Shown here piece after piece: positions 10,188 through 20,734 of a stretch of DNA of 64,000 bases. This DNA is from an uncultured Gammaproteobacteria bacterium (GTDB lineage: Bacteria > Patescibacteriota > Patescibacteriia > CAZSQN01). Both the position numbers and the translations under genes were made by a program. The stretch is from the NCBI GenBank assembly GCA_964609095.1, contig CAZSQN010000002.1, positions 152,066-216,065 on the forward strand, written 5' to 3'. The notes beneath the pieces are model-generated. The model had not been told where the DNA came from. It saw only the letters and a list, made by a program, of their open reading frames with translations, and did no database searches. How positions within the stretch are numbered: the first letter of the stretch is position 1; the number at the start of each line of letters is the position of its first letter.

Positions 10188-10931
10188 TTAATTATTCTTT
10201 TCACAGACCGCGATAAGCCGGCGGCATTTTCTAAGCGGCGCGCGATTAAAAAATTTCGGCCACAGGCGGCTGTTGTACCGGGAAGCCGCGCCTTTTAACG
10301 TCCAAAAACGGTTATCCAAAAATTTATACAAAAAATTCAGAATATGAAATCCGGCTTTGTCCTGCCCCAGCATTTCTTCAACTCTAAAATGAGCCGCCAA
10401 TCCAGTTTGCAGAGAAGCGGGCGTAAAATGCTGATAATGTTTGTGATGCAAAGATATGGGCATCCCAGTTGAAGGAACGGTTATGATCAGCCGACCGTTA
10501 TCCTTTAGGACGCGCTTGAGATTATCTAAAACCATCGGTATTTTCTCCGGCGCAATATGCTCCAAGGTTTCTATAAAAAAAATAACATCAAAATATTTTT
10601 CTGGAAAAGGCAGGGCCTGCGTTAAATCGGCTTGAACAAGTTCGGCCGCCGGCGCCAATATCTTGGCAAAAGAAAGGGCTCTTTCGGAATAATCCGCTCC
10701 AAAAATCTCACTTGCGCCGCCTTCTTTCAAGAAGCTCAAAAACCTGCCGTCGCCGCAGCCGGCGTCAAGCGCTCTCGGCGATTCCCGGCCATTAAGATAT
10801 TTTTTTAAAAACTCCAAACAGATTGAAAGGTAGCCAAAATAAACCCGCCCGTTAAAAGTATCCGGGCGCATAGACCAATGATACGGAATTTTATATTCGT
10901 CTTCCTGAACTTTTTGCCTGGCGTTAAACAT
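10188..10931 (-). CDS. Class I SAM-dependent methyltransferase
   Basis: LDAGCGDG motif I, ETLEH. Confidence 0.9.
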   Translation of the reverse strand: MFNARQKVQEDEYKIPYHWSMRPDTFNGRVYFGYLSICLEFLKKYLNGRESPRALDAGCGDGRFLSFLKEGGASEIFGADYSERALSFAKILAPAAELVQADLTQALPFPEKYFDVIFFIETLEHIAPEKIPMVLDNLKRVLKDNGRLIITVPSTGMPISLHHKHYQHFTPASLQTGLAAHFRVEEMLGQDKAGFHILNFLYKFLDNRFWTLKGAASRYNSRLWPKFFNRAPLRKCRRLIAVCEKNN

Positions 10932-10937
10932 AAAAAA

Positions 10938-11639
10938 CTAACGGCGTCCGACGGTATTAAAATAAATAATCGCGCCTATTGCTTTAATGCCGTCCTTCCA
11001 GTTTATTTTTTTCCCTTCTTTATAAGTGCGCCCCCTGTAAGAAATGCCCACTTCATAAATGCGCGATTGATTAGCCGCAAGGCGCGCCGTGATCTCCGGC
11101 TCAAAACCAAAACGGTCTGATTTAAGCGACGGCGCTATCTTCCGGATAACTTCGCCGGCAAACGCCTTATAGCAGGTTTCCATATCCGTGAGATTTAAGT
11201 TGGTAAACATATTGGAAAGGGTGGTCAGGACCCTATTGCCCAAAGCGTGCCAATAATACAAAACGCGGTGCGGATGCGAGCCCAGGAAACGCGAACCGTA
11301 AACAACATCGGCGTCTCCGTTCACAATCGGCTTTATAATCCAGGAAAACTCGGCCGGATTGTATTCCAAATCCGCGTCTTGGATAATCACCACGTCGCCA
11401 GTGGTCCCTCCAAAACCGATTCTTAACGCCGCGCCCTTTCCCATATTTCTGGTCTGATAAACAATCTTGTGCCGTCCCTCGTATTCTTTAAGAATATCCC
11501 TCGTTCCGTCCGTTGAGCAGTCGTCCACAATCACGATTTCTTTTTCAATGCCGCCGATATCAGCATCCTCCACGCGGCGCAAAATTTCGCGAATGGTATT
11601 TTTTTCGTTAAAAACAGGTATGACAACGGATAATTTCAT
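10938..11639 (-). CDS. Glycosyltransferase family 2 (DPM1/polyprenol-phosphate sugar synthase-like)
   Basis: [38 protein letters not shown]. Confidence 0.93.
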   Translation of the reverse strand: MKLSVVIPVFNEKNTIREILRRVEDADIGGIEKEIVIVDDCSTDGTRDILKEYEGRHKIVYQTRNMGKGAALRIGFGGTTGDVVIIQDADLEYNPAEFSWIIKPIVNGDADVVYGSRFLGSHPHRVLYYWHALGNRVLTTLSNMFTNLNLTDMETCYKAFAGEVIRKIAPSLKSDRFGFEPEITARLAANQSRIYEVGISYRGRTYKEGKKINWKDGIKAIGAIIYFNTVGRR

Positions 11640-12571
11640 ATTCTCTTTCTAAAGTCCTCTATCGTTTTCTTTAACCCGTCCTTAAGGGGCACCTCCGGCG
11701 CCCAATTTAATTTTTCCCCGGCCAAAGAAATATCGGGCTGGCGCTGGCGCGGGTCATCGGCGGGAAGGGGTTTGTATTCAACCTTGCTTCGCGACCCTGT
11801 TTCTTCAATAATCATCTGCGCTATATCTTTTATCTTATATTCCTCCGGATTGCCCATATTAAACGGCCCGGTAAAGCGCTCTTTGAGCAGATTTATCATG
11901 CCTCGCGTAAGGTCATCCACATATTGAAAGCTGCGCGTCTGGCTGCCGTCTCCGTAAATGGTGATGGGCTCGCCGCGAAGCGCCTGCACCACAAAGTTTG
12001 ACACGACCCTGCCGTCGTTAACGGCCATGCGAGGGCCGTAGGTATTAAAAATCCTGATTATCCGCGCGTCGGTTCCGTATTGACGGTTGTAATCCATGCA
12101 CAATGTTTCCGCGCATCTTTTTCCCTCATCATAACAGGCGCGCGGGCCGATTGGATTGACATTGCCGCGATAGCTCTCTTTTTGCGGGTGCTCCACCGGA
12201 TCGCCGTAAACCTCGGAGGTAGAGGCCTGGATCATGGGAATTTTCAGCCGCTTTGCGAGTTCAAGCATATTAGCGGTGCCCAAAACATTGGTTCTTATTG
12301 TTTTCACGGGGTCAAACTGATAATGGACCGGCGAGGCCGGACAAGCAAGATGAAAAATGGCGCCGACTTCCAGATTTATCGGCTCGGTAACATCATGGCG
12401 TATCAGTTCAAAGCGGTCCGAAGGAAGAAGGTGGCGGATATTATCCTTTGAACCGGTAAAAAAGTTATCTAAACACGCTACTTCATGACCAAGGGAAAGA
12501 AGCTTATCGCAAAGATGAGAGCCGATAAATCCGGCTCCGCCGGTTACAAGTATGGTTAAACGGTTTTCCAT
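11636..12571 (-). CDS. UDP-glucuronate decarboxylase (UDP-xylose synthase)
   Basis: [39 protein letters not shown]. Confidence 0.92.
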   Translation of the reverse strand: MENRLTILVTGGAGFIGSHLCDKLLSLGHEVACLDNFFTGSKDNIRHLLPSDRFELIRHDVTEPINLEVGAIFHLACPASPVHYQFDPVKTIRTNVLGTANMLELAKRLKIPMIQASTSEVYGDPVEHPQKESYRGNVNPIGPRACYDEGKRCAETLCMDYNRQYGTDARIIRIFNTYGPRMAVNDGRVVSNFVVQALRGEPITIYGDGSQTRSFQYVDDLTRGMINLLKERFTGPFNMGNPEEYKIKDIAQMIIEETGSRSKVEYKPLPADDPRQRQPDISLAGEKLNWAPEVPLKDGLKKTIEDFRKRI

Positions 12572-14790
12572 AAGCTGTTCATTTTATCCGCTATTGCCTT
12601 GCTTGACAAGCCCGACACGGAAATCCTCCCTGCTTCGGCCAATCTCTTGCGCAAATCCTCTTGAAGAGCCATTTTCATTAAGGCCTGCCGCATCGCCTCG
12701 CTATTTCCAAAAGGAACAACAAGCGCGTTTTCTCCGTCTTTAAGGAAATCATGCGCCGCGCCAACTTCGGAAGTGGCAACTACGGGGCAGCCGCGCTGCA
12801 ACGCTTCCACAATAACCCTGCCCCACGACTCCTGCCGCGAAGGCAGAACCAAAAAGTCAGCCGTACGGTATTCGTTATCCAATAACGCTTCCGAAACCGT
12901 TCCGACAAAATCAATTCTAGAATCCATATCTAAATCTTTTGTCAGCCCCTTAATCGTTTCGGCTTCCATCCCGTCGCCGACCACGCGCAAATACAAAGGA
13001 ATTTGTTTTGCCGCGGCCGCGAAAACAGGCAAAAACCAATCAAGGCCTTTTTCCTTGGTTAATCTGCCGACAAATAAGGCGCGGATAGCGCCTTCCGGAT
13101 ATTTATCCGCGCTCTTTACAGGCGGTTCGGACTTAATCTCGCCGGAAACTACCGGAAACACTTCTATGTGTTTTGATTTTAACGCTAAAAATTTATTCAA
13201 CATTCCTTCCTTCGCTTTTTGGCTCACAATCCTGATGGCGTCCGCTCGCCGCAAAATCCGGCCGGCGATTAAATTACGGAACAAATGAGGATGCAATCTT
13301 TTATCTTTTGGCCAAAAATCGCCGTGAAGTTCGGCTATTAATTTGGCCTTATTTTTTTTCGCCAAATACCTTGCCAAAAAACCGGTAAAAAACGGGTCCT
13401 GCGCGGATATGATATGCGGCCTAAAACTTTTGACGAGTTTCTTGCCGCCAAAAAACGTATTTACAAACGCGCTGATTTTATTGCTTCCGCCAAATCTATG
13501 AACATATAAATTGGTTCCTAACATATGTTTCTCGCTTCCGGCGCCTAAAACTAAAACAACTAAGCCGTTAGCGCCGAGAGCGTAATTTAACATTCTCCTG
13601 AAACTGGGCGAATCGCTCTCCAAAACAGAGGCGTCCAAACTTATAATCATCGCTCTTTTGCTTAGCAAAACCGCGCCTAACGCCGTTTCTGTTTCCTTAA
13701 AAGTTCTTTCTTCCGTAAAACCTCTTGCTTTCTCTTGCGCGCGCTCCGCCATGCTCTCGGCAAATTTATCATCCGTGAGAAGTTTGACCATCGCCTCTTT
13801 AATCGCTCCAACATCGTTAACGGCAAAAACAACCGCATTTTCTCCGTCAGAGACAAGCTCGGCGTTTCCGCCCGCGCAAGTAGTGGCCAAAGGAAGTCCG
13901 GCGGCCATAACCTCAATCAGCTGATGGGAAAATCCCTCATAGGCGGTATTTAGGACAAAGGCGCGGGAAGTAAGATACAGTTCCGGCAATTCGTTATGCG
14001 GTATCTTGCCCGGCAAATGCGCTGTACCCTCAAGGCCCAACTCTAAAACAAGATTCTCAAGTTTGGCGCGTTCCGGCCCGTCACCCGCGATAACAAGCTG
14101 AGCGTCCGGAATTATTTCCTTGACTTCGCGCATGGCAAAAATCAATTCTTCAAATCCTTTCCACGGAACAAGGCGGCCGGCGGAAAGAATTGTTTTTGGC
14201 TTGCCGCGCACAGTCGGTTTGGGATAAACGGCTCCCAAAACGGCGTTATAAATAACTTTGACATTGAAAGGATATACTCCCCAGCCCAAAACTATTTTTT
14301 GAAGATACTTGCTGGGAACTATCACCAGCTCCGCGGAGCTGGCAACATATTTTTCAATCTTTTTCAAAATCTCAATCTTCAATCCGTATTTTTTTGTCTG
14401 AAAATCGTCCAACGCGTCCCTTATCCCGTATTTTCCCTGCGCCTGCTCCCAGGCGTAATCACCGACCATTTTAAGCGCAAAATATTTTCGCGCGAGTTTG
14501 GCGGCCAGAAGCGCCGGCAATCCCGAAGAAACGGAATCCTGCGCGAAAATAATGTCGCCGCTTCTTCCCGCGCGCCAGACCTTAAGAAAATAAAAAAAGT
14601 GGCGCAATACCGGCGCGGGACGCCTGCTTACTTTATAAATTTCCGCTTCAGGATTGTCTTTGCCTTCGCCGTAAGAAACAACGACAACTTCATGCCCGGC
14701 CGCTAAAAGATGCTCGCGCAATTTTTTACTGTATTGCGCCGGGCCTCCGATATCCGGCGGATAGATGCCTGTGGCAATAATGATTTTCAT
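12556..14790 (-). CDS. Tandem double glycosyltransferase (GT4-GT4 fusion)
   Basis: Two GT-B modules ([14 protein letters not shown]; [14 protein letters not shown]); alternative start 14811. Confidence 0.88.
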   Translation of the reverse strand: MKIIIATGIYPPDIGGPAQYSKKLREHLLAAGHEVVVVSYGEGKDNPEAEIYKVSRRPAPVLRHFFYFLKVWRAGRSGDIIFAQDSVSSGLPALLAAKLARKYFALKMVGDYAWEQAQGKYGIRDALDDFQTKKYGLKIEILKKIEKYVASSAELVIVPSKYLQKIVLGWGVYPFNVKVIYNAVLGAVYPKPTVRGKPKTILSAGRLVPWKGFEELIFAMREVKEIIPDAQLVIAGDGPERAKLENLVLELGLEGTAHLPGKIPHNELPELYLTSRAFVLNTAYEGFSHQLIEVMAAGLPLATTCAGGNAELVSDGENAVVFAVNDVGAIKEAMVKLLTDDKFAESMAERAQEKARGFTEERTFKETETALGAVLLSKRAMIISLDASVLESDSPSFRRMLNYALGANGLVVLVLGAGSEKHMLGTNLYVHRFGGSNKISAFVNTFFGGKKLVKSFRPHIISAQDPFFTGFLARYLAKKNKAKLIAELHGDFWPKDKRLHPHLFRNLIAGRILRRADAIRIVSQKAKEGMLNKFLALKSKHIEVFPVVSGEIKSEPPVKSADKYPEGAIRALFVGRLTKEKGLDWFLPVFAAAAKQIPLYLRVVGDGMEAETIKGLTKDLDMDSRIDFVGTVSEALLDNEYRTADFLVLPSRQESWGRVIVEALQRGCPVVATSEVGAAHDFLKDGENALVVPFGNSEAMRQALMKMALQEDLRKRLAEAGRISVSGLSSKAIADKMNSLWKTV

Positions 14791-14807
14791 CCCGTTAGAA
14801 ATAGGGT

Positions 14808-15926
14808 TCATAAATATCTGTCGTAGAGCGAACTTACCTGTTCGGTGATTTTATCCCATGAGAAATTTTTAATTCTTTCCTTGGCGGCGGCAACCATCCG
14901 TTTGGCAAGTTCGTCATCGCTCCATATTCTTTTGATTGCTTCGGCAATGGCCTGCGGGTCTTTGGGCGGAACAAGCAACCCGGTCACTTCGTTTTCCACC
15001 GCGTCAGGTATGCCCCCGACATAAGTGCCGACTACCGGCACTCCCAAGGCCTGCGCTTCCAAAAAAACAATCCCCAACCCTTCGGCCAGCGACGGACCGA
15101 CAAAAATTTCCGCGGTCGCGGCTTCGCTCATGGCGCGGCCGTGCGGCAGGGCTCCGCGGAAAAAGACGCATCCTCCAAGATCAAGCGCGCGGACAAGATT
15201 TCTAAGTTTTTCTTCTTCGGCGCCGGAACCGACAATTACCAGATGCGCGTCTCCAAAATGCGCGCGAATTATGGGCATGGCCGAAATCAGATACTCATGG
15301 CCTTTTTCCCAGCTAAGCCGCCCCACGCTGACGATTCTTTTTGGAATTTTGGCGCGCTGATGCGAGAGAAGCGGCTGTATTTCCGTTAAATCCACCCCGT
15401 TGGGGATTTTGGAAATCCTGCTTTCGCTAACGCCAAGACGCGCCGCGCGCTCCTTCAGATAACGGCTGATGGCGGTTATGTGCGAGGGAGAAATATGAAT
15501 CAATTTCCATAAAAAATACGGGATTTTTCTTTGTTTTTTCGCGTCGTCCAAATCTCCGCTCTGCAGCGTCAATATTGTCGGGGTTTTCCACCGGAGAAAC
15601 CGATAAAACATCAAGGCCATGCCGGCATAGGATTCCATAATGGCGTGCGCCAAATCCGGCTTTAATGAAAACGCCGCCACGGGCGCCAAAAACGGAAACA
15701 GCCACTTATCAAATTTCACGCCCAGGCCAAGGCGCACTAATTTTCCGTGACGCAAATTTTCCCGTTTGGGCATCTTGCGGGAATTGCGGGTGGTAAAAAG
15801 CACAAAGTGGTAGCGCTCTCCGAGACGGTCTACCACTTCTCTTACAAATCTTTCCGCTCCGCTCTCCCACGGCATATAAAATGCCGAGAAGATGGCGATA
15901 GTTGGTTTATCGGAGGTATGCTTCAT
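14808..15926 (-). CDS. Glycosyltransferase family 4
   Basis: GRLSWEKG, EGLGIVFLEAQALG; start 15926 or 15950. Confidence 0.9.
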   Translation of the reverse strand: MKHTSDKPTIAIFSAFYMPWESGAERFVREVVDRLGERYHFVLFTTRNSRKMPKRENLRHGKLVRLGLGVKFDKWLFPFLAPVAAFSLKPDLAHAIMESYAGMALMFYRFLRWKTPTILTLQSGDLDDAKKQRKIPYFLWKLIHISPSHITAISRYLKERAARLGVSESRISKIPNGVDLTEIQPLLSHQRAKIPKRIVSVGRLSWEKGHEYLISAMPIIRAHFGDAHLVIVGSGAEEEKLRNLVRALDLGGCVFFRGALPHGRAMSEAATAEIFVGPSLAEGLGIVFLEAQALGVPVVGTYVGGIPDAVENEVTGLLVPPKDPQAIAEAIKRIWSDDELAKRMVAAAKERIKNFSWDKITEQVSSLYDRYL

Positions 15927-16851
15927 ATGTCTTTTTGAGTCCTTCTTCAAGCCCGACGCGCGGCGTAAAGTCCAGACATTGCCGCATCTTGCTTATCTGC
16001 GGCCAACGATGCCAGACCTCAATTTTCCGCGGCGGCAAAAATTCCGGTTTTATACTTTTCCCGGAAATGGAAATTATTTTTTCAGCCAGTTCCAGGACGG
16101 TTGTCGGCCGTCCGGTGCCGATATTTATCACCTGCCCGTTGGCTTCATCGCGAGTGAGCGCGCAAATCGCGGCTTCCACATTATCATCAACAAAGACAAA
16201 ATCCCTTGTCTGGGTTCCGTCGCCAAAAATTGTCGGAGATTTTCCTTCCAAAACCTGATTGATGAATACGCCGACCACAAAACCGTACTCGCTTCCCTCC
16301 TGCCGCGGCCCGTAAACGTTAAAAAAGCGCAAAGCAACGGTTGGAAGTTTTCTTTTTTCCCAATACGCCCGCAGAAGATTTTCTCCCGCGAGTTTTACCA
16401 CCGCGTAGGGCATTTTGGCGTTAACGGCGCCGTCTTCGCGTTCGGGCAGCTCAAGAGGGTTGCCGTATACTTCGGATGAGGAAGAAAAAACTATTTTTTT
16501 AACTCCCGCGCGCTCGGAGCACTCCAGAATGTTGTTTATACCGGCAATGTCAGCCATCACCTCAAGCGGCGATTCCAAGGTTCTTTTTACTCCCACGATG
16601 GCCGCGTAATGAAACACAAAATCTATCTTGAACTGGGAAAATGCCGCGGCAAGCTCCGTCTTGTTATTGGCGTCTCCTTTAATAAAATAAAAATTGCCGT
16701 TTGTTTTAAGATGTTCAATGTTTGATTCGCGGCCGGTGGAAAGATTGTCAAAACAAACAACAGCCGAGCCCATTTTAAGCAGACGTTCGCACAAATGAGA
16801 GCCGATAAACCCGGCTCCGCCGGTAACTAATGAGATTTTTCCTTCAAGCAT
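15907..16851 (-). CDS. NAD-dependent sugar epimerase/dehydratase
   Basis: [28 protein letters not shown]; ATG at 16851 abuts a TIR. Confidence 0.92.
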   Translation of the reverse strand: MLEGKISLVTGGAGFIGSHLCERLLKMGSAVVCFDNLSTGRESNIEHLKTNGNFYFIKGDANNKTELAAAFSQFKIDFVFHYAAIVGVKRTLESPLEVMADIAGINNILECSERAGVKKIVFSSSSEVYGNPLELPEREDGAVNAKMPYAVVKLAGENLLRAYWEKRKLPTVALRFFNVYGPRQEGSEYGFVVGVFINQVLEGKSPTIFGDGTQTRDFVFVDDNVEAAICALTRDEANGQVINIGTGRPTTVLELAEKIISISGKSIKPEFLPPRKIEVWHRWPQISKMRQCLDFTPRVGLEEGLKKTYEAYLR

Positions 16852-16852
16852 A

Positions 16853-16998
16853 CCCCGCACATAATTTAGGTTATGTGCGGGGCATACCCCGCACATAATT
16901 TGCTTAATCCAACACATAATTCAGATTATATGTTGAATCTGATAATTAGATAATATACCTCCCCGCATTCTTACAAACAAACTGAATTATGTGCGGGG
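16853..16998. mobile_element. Two tandem CCCCGCACATAA-family elements (16853-16882 mini, 16887-16998)
   Basis: Both have TIRs; the mini copy is flanked by CATA on both sides (16849-52, 16883-86). Confidence 0.8.
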
Positions 16999-17080
16999 TG
17001 ATAAACTTCCTCTCATTATGGGCGCAAAAGTACGAATTGTCAATGCGGTTAAAATGTCTTATAGTTAAACGAACAGTATG

Positions 17081-17176
17081 CCCCGCACATAACTTTGCCT
17101 ATTATAGCGTGGTGCGGGAAAGTAAAAAGATTAAAATATTGTTTGTCTGATTTTATTAAGTAAATTATGTGCGGGG
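17081..17176. mobile_element. MITE-like element, CCCCGCACATAA family
   Basis: TIRs plus 4-bp TSD TATG (17077-80, 17177-80), which contains the start codon of the next gene. Confidence 0.85.
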
Positions 17177-17177
17177 T

Positions 17178-18344
17178 ATGAATAAGCCCAAAATACTTTA
17201 TCTCATTACTCAAGCCGAATGGGGCGGCGCCCAACGTTATGTTTTTGATTTGGCAATCGCTTTTAAAACGGAATTTGACGTGTCTATCGCGGCTGGAGCC
17301 GAAAATGGCGACGATTCGCTTTTAAGGCGATCCCGAGACAACGGAATACGCACAGTTGAAATTTCAAACCTGCATAGAGAGATACGGCCAATTGAAGATA
17401 TCCGCGCGCTTTTAAAAATACGTTCACTGCTTAAAGAACTTAAGCCGCAAATACTTCATCTAAACAGCGCCAAAGCAGCCGTCCTCGGAACTTTGGCCGC
17501 GGCTTGGACAGGAATAAAAATAGTTTATACGGTGCACGGCTGGTCGTTTCTCGAACCGCTTTCAATATGGAAAAAGGCGGCCTATCTTATTTTTGAAAAA
17601 ATATCTTGTTCGTTTGGCCGCGAGGCCACCATACTTTTAAGCCAAAAAGAATTGGCGGCCGCCAAAAAATACGGATTGAATTGCGGCGAAACAGAAATTA
17701 TTTTTCATGGAATTGCTCCGCCGGCATTTTTGGACAAGGAAACCGCCTTGCAAAAATTAAACGAACATCTGCAAAAACCTCTGCCCAAAAATGCCCTTTT
17801 AATAGGCACCGTCGCCAACCTTTATGAAACAAAAGATATCGCCAACCTCATCGAGGCGTTAAAAGGCGTAAATGAAAATTTTATTTCAATCGTCATCGGA
17901 ACAGGGCCTTTATTTGGCCGCCTTAAAACATTGATTGAAGAGGAAAAACTTTCAAACCGCGTTATTTTGGCCGGAAAAATCATACCGGCAACGGAGATAT
18001 TAAAATCCTTTGATATTTTTGTCCTGCCATCGGCCAAAGAGGGTTTCCCCTACGCGATTTTGGAAGCCATGGCCGCCGGACTGCCTATTGCCGCCACTTC
18101 CGTCGGAGCCATTCCGGAAATGATTGAAGATAAAAAAAGCGGCCTTATAGCGCCGCCTAAAAACCCGGGCGCGCTTAAAACCGCGATTGAATCGCTTTTG
18201 AAAGATGAAAATCTTCGTTCCTTGCTCGGCCAGACAGCCGCAAATGAATTCAAAATCCGTTTTTCAAAAGATAAAATGGTTCAAGCGACAAAAGAAATCT
18301 ATTTAAAGTTTCTTTCTGATTCGTCAAAAAGCAGGGAAATCTGA
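17178..18344 (+). CDS. Glycosyltransferase family 4
   Basis: GGAQRYV, YTVHG, EGFPYAILEAMAAG. Confidence 0.92.
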   Translation: MNKPKILYLITQAEWGGAQRYVFDLAIAFKTEFDVSIAAGAENGDDSLLRRSRDNGIRTVEISNLHREIRPIEDIRALLKIRSLLKELKPQILHLNSAKAAVLGTLAAAWTGIKIVYTVHGWSFLEPLSIWKKAAYLIFEKISCSFGREATILLSQKELAAAKKYGLNCGETEIIFHGIAPPAFLDKETALQKLNEHLQKPLPKNALLIGTVANLYETKDIANLIEALKGVNENFISIVIGTGPLFGRLKTLIEEEKLSNRVILAGKIIPATEILKSFDIFVLPSAKEGFPYAILEAMAAGLPIAATSVGAIPEMIEDKKSGLIAPPKNPGALKTAIESLLKDENLRSLLGQTAANEFKIRFSKDKMVQATKEIYLKFLSDSSKSREI

Positions 18345-20734
18345 GCCATAAATGTCGGATTCTTGCGGACATTTCTATCGGGATATGCGCGATAAATCGC
18401 GGCTATAATCTCCCGCGCCTTTTCCCGCTCGCCGCGATTTAAAAATATTCTGCTTAGCAAAACAGAAGTGTATGGTTCAGATTTAACCTGCGCCGCGTAA
18501 CGTTCCACCCACGATGGATCTTTTACCGGATTGCCGGTTTTGTCCGCCAAATTCATAAACAAAACCATTTGCTCGTAAATAACCGGAGTAAAACCGCCGT
18601 CTAAAGATTTTTTCATTGCCTTATAAGCGGCCGAATCGTCGCCTTTAGCGGCCAATCCGATTCCTTCCCACCACAATGCTTCAACCTCGTCATTGTTTTG
18701 CCTTGCCAACGAAATATAAAGCTCCATCTCCTGCGGCATCCAGAGCGCAAACGGCGAACCGTAATCGTAACGGAGCGCGCTTCGCATTTCCTTATACGCG
18801 TCTTTGGGAAAATTCGCCCTGGCAAGCGCTTCGCCGTAGCGCCAGCGCGCTTCGGGCACGCGCTCATATAATTCCACCGCCTGCCTGCCCAGCTCTACTG
18901 CGTTTTCCGTCTGGCCTTTAATCAAGTAAAGCCGCATCAAAGTAAAATAAATCTGCTGCCGCTTGGGAGAAAGCTCTTTGGCTTTAAGCAAGGACTCTTC
19001 CGCTTCAAGATAATATGAGGGACCCAGAACCGAGGCCATCAACATGCTCCAGCGCGCCAAATTCATCATATAATAAGTATCGTTCTGGTGCGCCGCCGAG
19101 CTTTTTTTATACTCGCCATAAACATCATTAATCATCTTTTCGGCGTCGCCGCGGCTCAAATTTGACGCACCCTGGAGAATGGCCACGACCAATTTGGAAA
19201 GTTCGTCGCGGCTTTCCTGCCGGTAAGGGCTTGGTTTTTGAAGCGCGTCATAAATTTTGTCGTAAGAGGCCCGCGGATTTTGCGCAAAATTAACGCCGGC
19301 GGAGATGGTCGCGGCCGAAACGGAAAAAGGAATAACATTTATAAAAATTGACAAAATCAGCAGACCCAAGGCGCCGCCCATGGCCATGGCAATGCGCGCG
19401 GGCGGCTCCAGCCGCAAAAAAGCCGGCTGCTTTTCTGATGCCTTTTTTGGAGCCGTATCTTGCGCCGCCAGAATATGGGCATAACCCAAAAAAGCATACA
19501 GCGTAATCCAAATGCCCAGGGTGTCAAAAGCGAAAAGATTCTGCACGAAATAACCGAGCAGAGCCGCGAGCATTACGGCGCTAGGCCATTTTTGCTCCGG
19601 ACGCCGGCTTTCGCGGAAAAATTCCCGCGCGGCAAAAACAAATACGGATAAATAAGCAGCCAGTCCCAAAATGCCGCTGTCATTAAGCTTGTCAATTAAA
19701 AAATTGTGAGAATGGTCCTGCCAGGTCTCGTAAGAGCCGTAAGCGTAAAATTTCGGATCATAATATCTGTTAAATCCGTAATAATAATTTTCCGGCCCCC
19801 AGCCCAAAATCGGCCTGTGCGCCCAAGCGCGAAGCCCGACTTTCCAATTCATCAGCCGCGTCTGGGCGGTATTGGTGCGCAGATTTAACTCGGCCACCTG
19901 ATGCAAAAATTTGCTGTTCTGCGCCAAGCGCGTGCCGGAAATTAAAAAAACAAAAGCGACTAAAACTAAGGGCAGCGCGGCCGCCGCCAAAGAAACGCGG
20001 GGGCGCGCCTTAAAATTTTTTGCCGCCCGGAAAAGAAAGATGAAAACAAGAGAAACGACGATGGCAATAAGCGCGCCTCTGGTCTTGGCCCAGGAAAAAG
20101 CGACGAATTCAAGTCCAAGCAATCCCAATAACGCCAATTTCAAACCGATTTTTTTCTCGCCGGCGATATACCACGCGAGCAGATACATCTGCATCAAAAG
20201 ATAAGCGGAAAGGTAAATGGCGTTTCCAAAAGTGCTGTAAATGCGCCCGCCTTTGGTTTCGTGAAGAAACGAGGGGGAAAAATATTGAATAAATCCTATA
20301 AGCGTCACCGCGGCTCCGGCAACAATGGCATAAGCAAATAATTTCCGCCATTCATCCTTTGTTCTGTAAATGCTTACGGCCATAAGCGCGAAAAGCGCCA
20401 CATGCGCGTACATAAAAAGCCCCATCATCCGCTCATGATTGCCCCAAAAACTGCGCAAAGGGTCAATGGAAAAAATAGTGGCGAACGTCTCTATAATCAA
20501 AAGAGCGATGATGGAAATAAGAATTTTGGTTTTCCGCGGACGATAAGCCGGGGCCGTCAGCATCAGATACAAATACGGAATCGCCAGCAGTTCCACTAAA
20601 AATCTGAAGGCCAGAGATTTCGGGAAAATAAAAGGAAATATCGTTGCCGAGGTATAGATAAGCGGAACAAAAAATACCAGCCCCACGCCAACGCGCAAAA
20701 ATTTAACTATGATTGTTTCTATTTTATTATTCAT
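18299..20734 (-). CDS. O-antigen ligase (Wzy_C)-family membrane protein with C-terminal TPR-like region, paralogue 4
   Basis: Multi-TM; SFWG..ER..G, TFGN, TRGA, RPILGWGPEN, DHSHN motifs. Confidence 0.85.
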   Translation of the reverse strand: MNNKIETIIVKFLRVGVGLVFFVPLIYTSATIFPFIFPKSLAFRFLVELLAIPYLYLMLTAPAYRPRKTKILISIIALLIIETFATIFSIDPLRSFWGNHERMMGLFMYAHVALFALMAVSIYRTKDEWRKLFAYAIVAGAAVTLIGFIQYFSPSFLHETKGGRIYSTFGNAIYLSAYLLMQMYLLAWYIAGEKKIGLKLALLGLLGLEFVAFSWAKTRGALIAIVVSLVFIFLFRAAKNFKARPRVSLAAAALPLVLVAFVFLISGTRLAQNSKFLHQVAELNLRTNTAQTRLMNWKVGLRAWAHRPILGWGPENYYYGFNRYYDPKFYAYGSYETWQDHSHNFLIDKLNDSGILGLAAYLSVFVFAAREFFRESRRPEQKWPSAVMLAALLGYFVQNLFAFDTLGIWITLYAFLGYAHILAAQDTAPKKASEKQPAFLRLEPPARIAMAMGGALGLLILSIFINVIPFSVSAATISAGVNFAQNPRASYDKIYDALQKPSPYRQESRDELSKLVVAILQGASNLSRGDAEKMINDVYGEYKKSSAAHQNDTYYMMNLARWSMLMASVLGPSYYLEAEESLLKAKELSPKRQQIYFTLMRLYLIKGQTENAVELGRQAVELYERVPEARWRYGEALARANFPKDAYKEMRSALRYDYGSPFALWMPQEMELYISLARQNNDEVEALWWEGIGLAAKGDDSAAYKAMKKSLDGGFTPVIYEQMVLFMNLADKTGNPVKDPSWVERYAAQVKSEPYTSVLLSRIFLNRGEREKAREIIAAIYRAYPDRNVRKNPTFMAQISLLFDESERNFK

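Noticed and set aside
16852-16917. N-terminal extensions such as MCWIKQ.., MRGM.., MAKFIKQ.. in the ORF track
   Set aside because: They are translations of repeat elements upstream of the true ATG, not conserved peptide domains
16853-17176. Clustered CCCCGCACATAA repeats as a CRISPR array
   Set aside because: Repeats are inverted pairs with irregular spacing and TSDs, dispersed over the window; no cas genes
18299-18344. 46-nt convergent overlap of the GT4 and ligase genes as antisense regulation
   Set aside because: Short 3' overlaps are common in compact genomes; no other support
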